64,000 bases of DNA from Podarcis vaucheri (lineage: Eukaryota). The stretch lies in the NCBI GenBank assembly GCA_965113315.1, contig OZ220367.1; one strand, given 5' to 3'. Position numbers and translations under genes: made by a program. The notes under the pieces were generated by a model. It was given only the letters and a program-made list of their open reading frames with translations, ran no database searches and had not been told where the DNA came from. Positions 37,110-51,272 of this stretch are shown piece after piece. Every line of letters starts with the position of its first letter. The stretch's first letter is position 1.

Positions 37110-40100
37110 TTTATATACATTTTCAAATGTTACTCAGGTGAGGTATATAAATATTACCTAATGACACATTTTACCAACAATTCACAGCAGACACGCTCTT
37201 CTTCTAAAGTCACAGCATTTCCCAGGGCCCTGAAGGGAATGAGGCTCCAACTTAAGCCTTCAAATACCCAACTCATGATCACACACTGGGTTTGGGTGAT
37301 GTGCACAGTACCAGACCTGAGGGAAGGGGAATAGAGAGAATAGACCCCCCCAACACACACATTTGGTTCATCATATGGGGAAGGTAGGAGTCTCTTAGAC
37401 ACAGCAAGTAAAAATACCTGTGCAACACAGAGTGAAAAATGAACTGACTATAAATCAACACAGGAAGTGCAGAACACACCTGCAGTCTTGTTGAGTGCTG
37501 TGCAACACACTGATAGAGGTTCATTCAACTGGGCAGGAGGTTATCCTAAACTTCAAGAATGCCCTTGTGGAAAGGTTGCAAGTCTACCCCCCCCCACCTC
37601 GTTTAACAACTTCATCTGAGAATAGAGGACTTTTACAATGGATATAGGCAGGGCTGAAGCTTTTCAGATGGCAGAAGGAGGGTGCAAGCAAAGCAACATG
37701 TTTTCTGGAGCTACATTAGGAAGCTGCATTGCCATGTTTTCCATAGAAAGAAGAGAGGGGTGATGGGTGGAAATTCTGAATGGCCAAGACAAACAAGAAG
37801 AAACAAACCCTTAGGAACTTCCACACAAGCCTAACTTTAAAATATATGAGATAATCACAAAAGAGACATTCAAAATAAGACTAATACAACACAGGAGGGA
37901 GCAGAGAGCATTGAAATACTTAATGGTCCAAAGTAATAAAATAAAATAAATTCAGGGAGACAGAGACAGTAAAAAATGGGGCCCTGGACTCTTACAGCAG
38001 CTGGAAACATGGGAAGTGATGAATGATTGGCTTAATCTAAAAGAAAAGGGGGGGGGGAGCACAGGAAACATCAAACACACAACACAAGAGGTGCTGGTTA
38101 GATTACAATGGTCAGCTATAAATGATGCTTAGAGGGCACCATCACTTCCTCCATGTATGCCAATGGCATTTCTCCCATCCTATCCCCAGCAAGAGCTCCC
38201 CTTAATTCAGTATCCCTGAGTCCACCTGCCCAGGTGAATAAGCATGCAGAGATGTTGAAGCAAAATATGTCTCTTTCTCTATGTGGCAAGGCCAGTGAAG
38301 AAGGGCAGTCTTCAATGAGATGTGCACACACATTTACACAAATATCCCCATAAGGACTTAAATATTAATTTGTCACTGAAAACATTATTACTAAAAATTC
38401 TTATTGCTCACATGTACTGTCCCCAAAGATGCACGTGACAAGGCGGGCTGCCCAGAACTGTACTTTGACTCGCTTCCACAGAAAATGAGATTTTAGATAA
38501 CCCATGTAATGCTTTTACTCGGTTTAGGCCCAGTTCTAAGTAATGTCATAAGCCGGGCCTGGGCTGTTTCACTTCGGACTGCAGGCGAGAGCTCACATGA
38601 TTGAACACTCTATCATATGAAAACATTCTCCCACATGCACAAGCTAGCATATCGGGGAGGATAGGCTAAAACAATTCACTCCGATCGCTTGCTTTCCATG
38701 TGAAAGGGCTTTTAAATATGGAGTATTCAATTATGTAAGTGTCATTAATATTCATTTGTCTATTCTGGGTATAGCCCAAATGCAGCTTCAATGGGAACTA
38801 AGTCCTTGATTTTGCAGCATAAACTCCAGACCAGATGCCAGTCCTTCTCCCCCGCCCCCCAATGTCCAATTATTTTTGCAGTAGAAACCCCCCACCCACC
38901 CAAAAAAACATACTACCGGTACATTGCAAACCAACAGCACACCCAAGACTTATTAGCACAAAGTACAGGAAATAAATATTTTAAAACTATTTACAGTATT
39001 CTTCTAGTTTTTGTGACCACCCAGGAAGAAAAGGCAGCAATTACCCTGCACCTAGGAAAGCATTACAACCGCTAGCTGGATGCTATGTTAACACAGCACC
39101 TACTATATATATTTATATATAAACACACATATACATATATGTATATATTCACATTGCATTTTAAAGTCACACACAAAAAGCAGATCCTTAAAAAACCTTT
39201 GATAAGCATTACAGTGTAAAAAGACCCACTTAGGTAAAAGGTCACACACGGGTAACAAAACCCATTCAGACTCCACTCATTTCCACTATTTCTGTGAGAA
39301 ACAATTCTTAGGGCGACACTTCAAGAGGGAAGGGTTTTTAAGAAGAGGCCAGAGTCTCCTCTACCTGCAAACCAAAGCTCCTGAGTTCATCTTGGACTAG
39401 ATAGGAAATTTTTCAGCAACCTAGCTAAATGCTGGGGGGGGGGGGTTGGAAATACAAAAGAAACTAACTGGCAACAGGAGAGCAAGAAGAAGGCTTAGGG
39501 AAGAGCATACAAGTGTCGCTTCATTGAGATTATCTGTGCCAGGAAGATGCCGCATGGAGATTATCTCTGTGCAGGAAAATAGCATGCATGAAGTGGCCCA
39601 AGGCAGTTTAACCCCTCAAAACCCCCTATGATCATATATGGGACCTTTCAGAAACACAGGGACCTCGCCCAGATAGGGCCATTCCATGAAATTCAAGAGC
39701 TAGGCAGAGCTAGATCAGGTGTGCATGTAGCAGGGAAGGGAGAAGTGGCAGATGAAGTCCAAGCAAGGACAGAGGTGGGATGTGTGAAAGACTAGGGAGG
39801 CACTGGTTTGTAGGCCATTGCATAGCATCATCAAATATCTCTTATCTGCATATTTGTTTCTATTTGGTGGGCATGTGGGAACTGAGTGAAGAGAGTTATA
39901 TTTATAGCAACATTTTCAGAGGCACTCACAGATTTAATGAAGTCCCTTTTCAATTTGTGGAGGAATTCAACGTAGCACTAAGGAGATTATTCTGTCAACA
40001 CAAGCATTTCAGTTTTCCAGAAGGAACAATCTCCCTTCTCCCTCCTCCGCTTGCTGTCAATTACCCTGACACACAGCCCCGAGCCAATTTGGGAGGCAGG

Positions 40101-43100
40101 GAGGAGAGGGGCTAAAAGCCCTGTTGCACTCACAGAAGACCTTGTGCTGCCTCCTGCTGTGGGACTCAATAGTTGAATCCAGCCCAATACTTTACATTTC
40201 CCTTTGGCGCAAGTTAATTCCCCATTGCTCTGCTGTGCTTCCTGGTGATGAGGAAGAGTGGGACCAACACTGATTTCTGCAACAAAAAGAGAAGCAAGGT
40301 ACTGGCTACCACCTTTAAAGAGGACAAAGGCAGAAGACTGTCTTATCAAAGCCTCTGCCAAGCTAGTGTCATCTAGATGTTTTGGCTAGGGCAGATAGGA
40401 GCTGCAGTCCAAAAAATTGGGTGGGCAGCAGGCTGGCAAAGGCTGCCTTATCACATGAGGCTACAAATGGAACAAGGAAATGACTCTGGAGAGAAAAAGA
40501 TCTTTTCAGCAGCTTCTGGTTTAGAAGATGAATAGGAATAATTGGCCAGGATGTTGCAGCTCATAATAATAATAATAAATGATTAGTGATAAGCCTCAGT
40601 AACAGTTTTGTGCAGCTTAAATATTCCCCAGACATAGAATGGGAAAAGGGAGATATCATCATTATTTTTACTACTACAAAGCAAAACCCTATGCATAGTG
40701 ACAGTAATTATGTCAGGAGGAAAGAGCCATAAATAGCATTCCTGCAGGAGCCACCCAGAAGCTATGACAGAGGAACTGTCCAGAGCTAAAGTTGCTACAA
40801 AAGTTTCTCTAAGCATTGTGTGCCCTGCACCATCAATCCTTAATAATGTGCACAGAAGTTGGGGCTTTCCCTTAAATAAAAGATAACAGCCTTCATTGAA
40901 AATTACTGAAAGTAGTAATACTCTCAAACACAGGGAAAGAAAAGCACTGCACACTTGACCAAGAAAAAGGCTGTTGGGAGAAAATGGAAGACAACTAATG
41001 GAAGATCTTTTTGTGAAGAACGTCTAGTTTGTCTCAACAAGAAGGGACGGCAAAGGGCCAGATTTAAGGAGATGAGATATAAAGAGATGAGCAACAGAGC
41101 AAGTTATGGAGAATTCTCCACCATACCATCGGGGGGAAGAGGGTCTCTTTTCAAACACGGTGGGTGCTACAGGAGAGGCTAGGATTCATGATGGTCCATT
41201 GCATCTGATGGAAAGAAACAGTACAGAGGCTGGTTTTATCCAATAAGCAAAGCCATCCACTCTCTTCTAGGAATGCCCAGGTAGCATGGAAACAAGAAGG
41301 CGCAAACCATCCCAGTTTGACTATACTTGTGAACAGGGGTTTTGCGACAGTACTCACTGGTATCACCTCTTTTTTGCTGCCCATGGCAGCCATCTTGTGC
41401 TGACACCTACCCCACTTTTATCAAGACATGATACTTCACTTTTAACCCCCACAAAAAGCACTGCCTTTAGACCATTTTGGCAATGGGGCCCAAGATGCTT
41501 AAGCAGTAGAACCTGCCAAGCATGTAGAGAGGAGCAGAAACAGAGCCACAGTTAGAGGTTGTCACTATACTGAGTAAGCCTATTACAGTCACAACCCCAG
41601 GCTTCTCCCCTTACTCTCGCAATTCTTTTGCTAGAGAGCAGTACCAGGTTAGACCAAGTTTATAACATCACCAGGCCATAGCAACTGTACTACTGCAGAT
41701 AACCATTGATTCTGGAAAGAGCACCTATTTTTGCTGCAGAAACCAACAAAGCAAGATTGCATTTAACAGATGACACACACTCCTTGCAAAAAAAGAAAAG
41801 AAAAAGAAAGACAAATGCTGAAGAAGTGGATGGATGGGAAACAGTGTGCAGGAATTAAGCCCCTGCAAAGAGAAGAGCCCAACCCAAGAAGGCTGGTTTC
41901 CAAAGTTATATCTACTGGAAGAATTAAGAGTCAAGTTCTCACTATCACAAAAGTGGGTTACAGGGCATCAAAGGGAGAGGAAATGGCCTCTTTGCAACTT
42001 ACTTAGTGGACAGCATATCAGCCTGGCATGTTGGTGACACAGTGTCACTTGCATGACGTAAGGACTGATGCACAGAGCACAGTCTGAAGAATGCCTCTCA
42101 ACCAGAAGGTAGCTTTGCTTCAATATAAATCATACTAAGCTATCACCATCAGAATTTATTTTTTTTAAAAACCTCTAAATTGCTTTAATCTACTTTGCTC
42201 ACTTCTCTCCTCCCCTGCACCCCCAAGCTTACACTAGTCTATTGTCTACATGGCAAAGGCTTGCCTTGCCTTGCCAGAAGCCACTGGTGCTAGAACCTGG
42301 GATAAATCAACCACTGGACCAAACTCTCTCCAGACCTCACCAAAACACTGCAAGGCCTGGTCACTGTATTCCAACTTCTCATAGGCAACCTTGCAGAAAA
42401 GGTGGGAGGGGCAACTGTGAAGCTCTCAAATGCTACACAGGGCTTACAAAGGGATTCTCTTAAGTTACAGACCACACAAGAAATGGGAAAGCAGAAAGGT
42501 GTAGAAATATTTTATTAGCATTGTTGGGATCAGAATCAGTAGCCAAAAGTACCACAAGGTGCTCGGCCACCCAGCAGTGTGTTAGGAAGCAGCCCTGGGT
42601 TGAGGGAGCACGAAGATTTTACACCTATCTGGATGGAGGCGTTTGAAGTTGGAGAAAAGTAGAGGTGAAAAACCTGACACGCTCACTCTTTCCTCTCACT
42701 CACACATACATACTCACGCACCACACTTCCTTAAATACCTTTTAATACTCCTGGTGGAATGTCTAGCACATTTTATATGTGCAGTTCAAATAGCAATCAG
42801 ACAAATACGTATCAATCTTTACAGAGAATGCTAGGCCTGACTTAATGCTTACAACAATTCATTTTATACAGCATGATTTACATCAAAAGACAGAAGTTAA
42901 AAATCAATGATTCAAAAGTATTCATACAAAAAGAGTCCACCCTGATGTGTCTTATAGCTTTAGTGCACCCTCTCAAGACACAGACTTGGGTAAGCAGGTG
43001 AGCAGGAGGGCTTTGCAGTTCCAGGCGCTGCCTCCCAAATCTCTTTGATCAATGGAACAAATTATACAGCTAGTTATTTGTGTTCTGCCTGCAGTAATGA

Positions 43101-44965
43101 GCTTTGGTATAGGAGTGCCAATGCTAATGCACCCTCCCTCCTTTAAAAAAACGAAATAAAACCAATTTCCTTGCACCTAAGCCTTGTTCTTGCTCCCTAA
43201 AGAGTTTGCCTTTCCTTTTATTCTACAAATCCCTCACCAACTGGAAAGACTGGTTCCAGCCAGTTAATATAATAATGTGTAAAGATGTGTTTGAGTACGT
43301 CGATCTCAGATGGTATCCATGGAAAGCTTTTCTGAAAGGTCAAGCCATTCGAAGGCCTTCGCAGGAAGCTCCTGGGTGCCACGCACAGCAAGCGAGAGGA
43401 AGTTTGCACAAGTTTCTAAGCAAATACCTCTGCCTTTGTTGTGATTTAAAGGAAAACTATGGAAATAAATAAAAGGCTGCTTTTCTCTCCAAGCCCAGAG
43501 TAGCAGCAACCACTGTCTGTCACCCAGCAGATGGGTAGCACAAAGTACAAGGGGCAGGGAGTTTCCTCTGAGAAAAAGGCTGCTTCCAAATGCTGTCAGA
43601 TCCAAAACAAATGTTTGCACTGAGAAGGGGACTGTTTGCCTTTCTAATAGGTGTTCGTAGAAATACCTTGTCTGAAGACAGATACTTCTTGACCTTTACA
43701 TAATGCATTGATTAAACTTGCAAGGTGAGGCCTTGCAAGGGAGAGAGAAGCTTGCTTACTCTTAAGCTGGAACCAAACCACACTTGCAAAAGCACCAGAT
43801 ATTTCTAGTTGCTTCCTTGTCTGCAGCCAGCATTGCCTTCTTCTTATTTTAATAACAATAATTTTTAAAATCTTTTTGACATACGGCAAACAGGGAAAGA
43901 TGAAAAAAGAACTTGCAACAACTGCATAGAAATCATGTAAGTTTACAGCAGAGAAGAACCTCTGACTACAGGCGCTTTCCAACATTACTTTTTACAGACC
44001 CACAAGATGCATGGAAGCTTCACTTTGGAATGGTTTTTTGTCCGTCTATTTCACTGCTAAGATGTGCTTTCAAGTACCCATATTTCAGGGGTGTTCAGGC
44101 CTCACAGTAAAATGGACAAGAATACCACCATTCTGAAATGCATCCAGGCTGCATTTGAGGACACAGGCCCAAAGGCGCCCGCCTGTAAACAACCATGTCA
44201 GAAGTGGCAGGCAGTGTGCATGTACTTAATAGGGAAGGGCTCTCCATCCAAACAAGCGGTCCAGTTCCTTTCTTGGCTAAGTACAAAGTTGGCCTAGCAT
44301 GGCTGCCAATCACGGACGCTTCGGAATCAGCATCTTTTTGACACGAGAGCAAGGCTACATTACAGCCAAGCCCCAGTTACACAAGATAGTCCAACTGTTC
44401 ATACCTTAACAACAACACACACCATTCTGACTGACTGACAGGATTAAAGGATGCAAATGCTTTGGGTTTTGGCTTTATAATGCCCTGCTTGGTTTAAACA
44501 GTGCCAGGATGCTACAATGCACAAAAGGAAGAAAATGCTCCTGTGTGAACCCCAGCAGGTGGGCTGCCAAGGTCTATGGGATGTGCATGAAAGCTGGTTC
44601 TCTTTCCATTACAGTTCAAGTGCTTGTGCATTAACTATAAACTGCCAGCCTTTAAATCACACAGATTAATTTATTCAGTTCCTAAAAGGATAAATAAGGC
44701 ACTGTACTCCGAACTGAAACTGCCAAACTCCTAGTTCCACTCCAGGAGCTTTCAGAAGCAGCAACTTTCCTTCTCAAGGGCAGAGAATAATAGCTTCCCC
44801 TTCTGGCTGCAACACAGCTAGGGGGCTCCTCATCATCTGAGAGCGGGGGGTTGGCCTTCGGCTAAACACTTGCATCCCTCCCCACAACGTTCAGAAGTGG
44901 ATCTGTTACATGCATTAGGAAGTATTTCCATGACCCACCTCCTACCCACCCCCAACCCCAGCCGG

Positions 44966-47900
44966 TTACTTTGCATCCAGACACCTGCGTTTGCTGGGTG
45001 AAGAGTCTTTGCTTGCCCTCAGCTTCCTCTTGCCCTGGGCTGTGCTGCTCTCCTGAATTCGCTTCATTGACCTAGTCAAGGCTTTGCCACTGCTTGCCTT
45101 TTGGGCAGCCACTTTGGGAGGCCGGCTGCTGGAGTCTCGCACCACTTTCTGCTTGGGAGGCTTAGCAAGCCCTTCTGGCCTGGAAGGCAGACTTGCCTTT
45201 TGACCGGCCTTGGCTTTCCCCTTCTGGACGGGAGGCTTCCTTTTCCCAGGTCGCAAGTCATTCAGCTTCTTTGCCTTCTCGTTCCCAGACACAGGCTTAT
45301 GACTCTTGTCGGCAGCCGCCTGCTTCCTGGTAGCAGGAGGCCCTGCAGGCTTCGGTTTACTGGCTTTCTTAAGAGGAAGCCTTTCTTTGCTCGAGGTACT
45401 CAACAGCCTCTGTGACCTGCTGCTCTCGGTCGGCGACTTCTTCTTGGTTTGCTGAAGGTGGCCTTTGGATGAGGTGTCCTCCTGTACCTTGCCTTTCACC
45501 TTTCGCCCCTTCCCTCCTCTTTCAACCAGGCTTGTCTTAGTCGCAAGTGGGGGTGCTTGGACCTGCTGGGCCAGTTTCGGAGACACCAGGGGCTTAATGC
45601 ACAGGCTCTTGCCGCTCGGCTTGCTTTCAGCAGAGGGGTGCTTGGTCACGCTGTCGTTCTTGTCCTGCTTGGCCACCTTGCGTATGGTGTTGAGTTTGCC
45701 TCGCAAGTTGGAGTACTTCCTCAGGATGCGAGAGCTGGTTTGCACAGGCGTGCTGGGAGGCTGGGCGCTCTTGGCTTCGGCTTTGTGCTCCACGCTTACT
45801 TCGGAGGGAGGCGTCTGCTTCGAACTGGCAGCCTGCTCGGGCTCCTTGTCCTCAGAGCCCTCTCGAAGCTTAGCCCACAGCCTCTGAATCTTGATGGTGT
45901 TTTTGGCCGGGGTCATAGCAGCAAACTTCTTCAGGTGTTTCTTCAGGCGCTCAGCTTGAAGGGAGCTAGGGTAGCTGCCGGAATAGCAGCCCTTCTGGAG
46001 TGGAAGCTTGATGAGGGGGATGTCCCCTGGGAGACGTGTGTTCATCTTCTTCACAATGACCAGAGACTTGGTTTCAGTGGTCTCCATAAACCACTTGCAG
46101 ATGTTGGACATGTCAAACCCCTTCATGAACAGCATCTGAACCGGGGAGAGCTTCTGGCCTTCCGTGGGCCCTTTTAATTTGCGGGTCCTCTTCTTGCTTT
46201 TCCAGATCTCTTTCAGTTTGTCGGATTTATTCTTGACCTTTGGAGCTGGCTGAGCCTCTTTCTCCAGCTGAATCCACCCTTTCTGGACCTTCATGTACTG
46301 AGTGTTAAAGTTAGTGATGAGTTCTTGGTTCTCTTCCTCAGCACACCATTCCACAAAACTGGGCTTGTTGTCAGAGAGCACTTCCATGCTACTGAAGCCA
46401 ACAGTGTCTTCACTCTGTGCATTTTCTTGGTCTGTGACATTAGAGCCTGCTTGTATAGTCACAGCATTAGAATCTCCTTGTACGGTTTCTTTTCCAGAAG
46501 TGTTTTTGGAGGCAGTGGCCACAGGGGTTGGGACAGGGGTGTGCCTCAGGTTGTAGAACTGGAGAGCTGGCTTCTTAGATTTTACCGATCTCTCTGGTGG
46601 TACAAGCTTGCTTTCACTCCTGCTAACAGAACTGGGCCCATGCTGGGTGTGCAACTCCTCTGTAACCTCCATTATACTGTCAAAGTTATCTGGAGTGCCT
46701 GATGTCAAATCTGACTGCTTTTCACCCTTGTCAGAGGTCTCTGCTGAGACACGAACACTTCTCCTAGCAGAATCACCCTCTAAGCAAATTTCAAGCATTG
46801 CCCCTGCCTTGTCCTTGTTTCCTTCTCCATTCTGGTCTTCCTCTACTATGGTCTTTTTCGCTAACAGTGTCTGAGAGGCCTGTCCCATTGTGATGTCATT
46901 TCTGTCACCTGGCTGCTGCTCAGAAGAATTCCCAATGTTGTTTAGCAGTGTTTCATGGAACCCGTCATTTGGGAAACACAGCGATGCTGCACCGTCAAGT
47001 TGCACCTCCCTCTTGAAACGCTTAGCAGGGCTCTTAGAAAGCTTGATCTGAACTTGAGGAAGCTGTAGAGACATGGAAGAAGTTGATTGCTCAGGACTAT
47101 CCTCTGCAGATGACAGGGATTGCTGGCTTCGAAGACAGCGATCGGATACAATCTGAGGTTTTTTCTCCCGCTTTCGTTTTTTGTCCGGGCTTGTTTTGGA
47201 AAAAGCTCCCTCCTTGTTGTCCACTTCTGATGTTTGGGGCACTGCTGGAGCTTCGCTATCAAGTTCCTTTCCATCATCCACCTTGCTTGTTTCACTTGTA
47301 TCTTTTACTGTTCCCTCTCCCCAATCTTCATCATTATCTGCAACAGGCAACACAGTCTCACTTTCCCCAGAGTGGATTCCACCTGAGTCCAGAATCCCTT
47401 CAATGCTATTTTGAGTATTAATACTTTCATGTGCATCTGCACCCTGCAAGCTGCCAGGGAGCTCTGCAGCATCCAAGTCAGAAAGTGGCTGTGAGAGCTC
47501 CATATCTAACTTGCCAGGTCCCACCACTGGAGATTCTATAGAAGGAGCCCCTGAAGGAGCCTCTAGGTCAATATGGGCAGGAGGCTCAGACACCACAATG
47601 CCAGGAGACACTGCCCTTGAACTGGCAACAGGCTCCCGTGGACACATACGCTCTGGGATAGGAGGGAGTTCTCCAGGGAGGGCTATGGAAGGCTCCAGAT
47701 GGACAAGGGCGGGAGGTTCTGCCAGGTCTATAGGGGAAAGAAGTGGAGGTTCCACATCGGAAGGTAGTTCTGCAAATGGTGGCAAGTGTTCAACAGGGGC
47801 AGGCTCCTCCAGTGGAGGCATCAAGTCCATTCCGGGGGGAAGGTCTTCAGGGGGCTGAAGGGCCATGCTGTCAGGAGGCACCTGGTCTGGAAGAATGGAA

Positions 47901-49655
47901 GGCTCAGGGGTAGCCTCGGTCTCTGAGAACATGGCACTTTCCTCACCACTGGCAACCTCTGAAGCAGACAACACCACAGATTCTCCTGTGTTGCCACTGT
48001 CTTCATTGGGTCTGCTACTCTTACAAGAGTCTGTGCCATGGCCAGCCTTCTGCACAGTGTCCATGTCCATTTCGTCCTGTGGCTCCCCTTTGCTCAGTTG
48101 GCAGGGAGAGACAAGAGTGGTCTGCAGTGAAGAATTGGACAGGCTGCCTTTCTCTACACGCAAAACAAGGCCGGGTGGCGGGGAGAGAGCAATTGTGGAT
48201 GCTTCAGCAGAACTGTCTTCTCTCTCCTTCACAAAACTTACCTCAGGAGCAGCCTTCTCAGCCGGACGCATCTCATCTCTCTCCTGAGTACTGTTGTTGG
48301 AGGCATCTCCTTGAGGGACGGCCATAGCAGGTCTTTTGTCACCATCGCCACTCATGGCCTGGGCTGCTGCTAAGCAGCTATCACTCGGAAGAGAAGCTCC
48401 CTGGCTAGGGCTTGCCAGCCCCTCAGGCCTTGGCGCCAGTGTGTTCCCACTCTCCTGTACATGGGAAGTCTTGGCCAAGGTGCGAACTGTGGGAATCTCA
48501 CAGCACTCACCGTTGTAGTAGTATCCACGAGTGCTCTTCCTTGCTGTCTTCCTAGAGGAGACCACCCTCTTGCTCTCAAAGTGGCACTCTGTAATGGGCT
48601 GGCTGATATAAACAACATCGCATTGGTTGTCATAGTCATTAATTCTCAACCCTGAAGGCCTTTTGCTCTTACGTGTGCTTTTGGTGGAGGATGAGTTACT
48701 CTTGGTCCTGGAGTGTCCATTGGTGGTTTTGTGGTGAACCACTGGCACAGGGCTATTGGATAGCCAGCCGTCCTTGGCATTCTCCACATGGGTCTTGTCA
48801 ACAGGTTGCATGTTATAGCTCCCCTTGCTTTTCCCTGAAGCCTGGAGGTGGTTCTCTGCCTTCAGTCTTGCTTCTTGGTCATTCATTTCAGTATCCAGGT
48901 GCGAAGAGGCTTTGGAGCTGCACTGCAAGGCATTCTCTTTGTCTGCTCTCCTAGGGGAGTTGGTGGTGAAGCCTGGCTCTCGTGTTTCCTCTGGGAAAGC
49001 TTTAAAAGTGTTCTTCTGGGAGCCCACCAGACCGTCTTCACTCATGTGTATGTTTGTTGCTTTCACAGCATTGTAGCCTCCCAGCAAAGCTCTATTTTGC
49101 ACCTGGTCTTTGTCATCCTCACCTTTCCTACCCCCCATCTCTTGGTCACTACCTAGGACTTGGCCTTCCAGACTTTTAGCAGAGTGATGGGAATTGGAGG
49201 CAGTGAGGTATCCTTGAGAGGGACTGTCCCTGGGACTTGCAGAACTTGTTCTAACGCTAGGAAGCTCAGGGAAGTCTCTTCGGACAACTGGGCTGCAGTT
49301 TTCCCTTCTATCTGTAGATTTCAGATCCACAGCCTGCTTCAGGGCATGGCAAAGTTTGCGCAGAGAGCCATGAGACCCTGATTGCTCTGTGTCCAGGGAA
49401 GAAGGGAGTTTTGATTCAGAGCAAGAAGTTCCAAGCTCCTGGTTCTCAGTGCGAAACTGGCTACAGCCAGAGCTACAAGTGGACACATCCATGTTTTCTG
49501 CTCCAGGTAACTGCTGTCCCTCACAGCCTGTCTGTACTTCAGTGCAAATGTCGTTTAGGACACGGACGAAGTGCTTCTGATGGTACGTGCACAGTCTGAC
49601 CATAAATTTTTCCAATGGAGATTTCGGCTGGCCAAGACAATCTGCAGCGTCCTCA
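44966..49655 (-). CDS. LCOR: LCOR last coding exon (C10orf12 / PALI1 isoform, PRC2- and G9a-associated); 5'-partial, 1562 full codons plus split codon
   Basis: Acceptor ttctttctctctccctctctctag|TGAGGAC (phase 2); SPLEKFMVRLCTYHQKHFVRVLND, GLRINDYDNQCDVVYISQPITEC, PIP-domain motifs KGWIQLEKE, LKEIWKSKKR, CKWFMETTETKSL, LQAERLKKHLKKF; ends KRRCLDAK*. Confidence 0.95.
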
Positions 49656-49992
49656 CTAGAGAGAGGGAGAGAGAAAGAATCAGTAAAATTGGGTAGCAAA
49701 TCACTTTACACTGCAAATCTTCACAACTCTCTCTCTCCTTTCTGCTCCCCTACATTGCATGCTTTACGAAGATGGCAGCTCCAATTGTCTACCTAAAATG
49801 AGCAGGCAACTAAAGCAAAAGCTCAAGATTATGTTTGTCATTTCTCCCTTGCCTCCTCATGGCTCACCTATGTCCTCAGTACATTAAAAACTGAAAAGTT
49901 ATTGGGACAAACCTTGCTTTATCCCTTCACATTTGTCCCTTAGAAAGATTGGTTCTAGGGGAAACCAATCTGAACTAGCTGGAAAACAACTA

Positions 49993-50243
49993 CAGTCATA
50001 CCTTGGCTTTCAAACGTCTTTTGAGTCAAACGTTTTCGGCTCCCGAATGTCGCAAACCCAGAAGTGACTGTTCCGGTTTGCAAACTATTTTTGGAACCTG
50101 AATGTCCGACGAGGCTTCCACGGCTTCTGATTGGCTGCAGGAGCTTCCTGCAGCCAATCAGAAGCCACACTTTGGTTTTCGAATGTTTTGGAAGTTGAAC
50201 AAACTTCCAGAAGAGATTCCGTTTGACTTCCAAGGTACGACTG
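49993..50243. mobile_element. Tc1/mariner (Tigger-like) MITE
   Basis: TIRs cagtcataccttgg / ccaaggtacgactg, TA TSD; internal palindrome tctgattggctgcagg...cctgcagccaatcaga. Confidence 0.88.
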
Positions 50244-51272
50244 TACCAGATTCCCCATTTCCCTGCAGACATTTCCCCATTTCAGGCAATGAACAGACTG
50301 CCATCACTGCTCTGGGAATCTGGCCGAAGGGAAGGCCAAATATCTCTGTAAGTAAAATAAATATTCTCTTCCCAAAGTCCTCAACAGCTTCACAGGGGCA
50401 GGAGTTTAGGAAGACACAGACACCCAACAATAAATAGTCTTTATAACAGCTATATACATGAGATCCTTAGCATACTTAGACTGAATAGCCAACCTATAGA
50501 CAATAGCATTTGCCCTCTCCGCATCAGCCACCACAATTCCATAAACATGAAGATTTGAAAGAGCTGTTTTGAATAATAATTAACTCAACAGGTGTGGAAG
50601 GATGTGGCAGCCCTGAGGACAGCAAGGGGCTGGGGGATGGCAGCTGGAGTGTTTGAGAACAGCAAAGCATCAATAAACATCCCTATCAATCTTTTCCCTC
50701 CTGCCCCTAAAGTAGGTAGCCAGGTTCTGATTTATATATAACTTATATAATCCAGTGGCTAGGCTGCGGGTAGAGAAGATACATCATCCTAGAGAGTGAG
50801 CAGCATTATCTCTTGACAGCTACTGAATAAAACTATCAACCTTTCCGTCTTTGGGAAGTGCATGAAAAATTATTCACTCTCACTCATTATTGAACTCAGG
50901 AGCTGCACTACTGAAGCGGTTCATATGTTAATGGCAAGCTAGGTGACAAGGCCTTGTGCTCATGTTTTCCTCCTCCTTGTGCCCCACTTCAGTTAGTTAC
51001 TTCCTCTTTAGGACAAATCAGAGTTTGCCATCACATCTAATCTGGCAAACTGTGGTTCACACCTGTCCTCCAAGCAGGAATACAAACAAGTTTTGAACCA
51101 CAGTGTGCAATCTTGGAGAGCAAGCACAGAAGCCATAGTTTGTGCTCTGATGAAATGGCATCTGAACAGAGGAGAGCTATGGACTATCGTGTGTGCTAAA
51201 GAGAAGGAAACTAACTGAACCTGAGTATGGGAGGGAATAGAGTTGTGTGTGAACACAAAGCTTGTTCAAATA

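Noticed and set aside
45076-49599. Many + strand ORFs (up to 206 aa) overlapping the PALI1 exon
   Set aside because: Antisense shadows of a long coding exon, no recognisable domains.
49656-49699. N-terminal 14-15 residues of the 1577-aa ORF as a true start
   Set aside because: Begins at a TTG in the intron and reads through the polypyrimidine tract; the real boundary is the acceptor at 49655.
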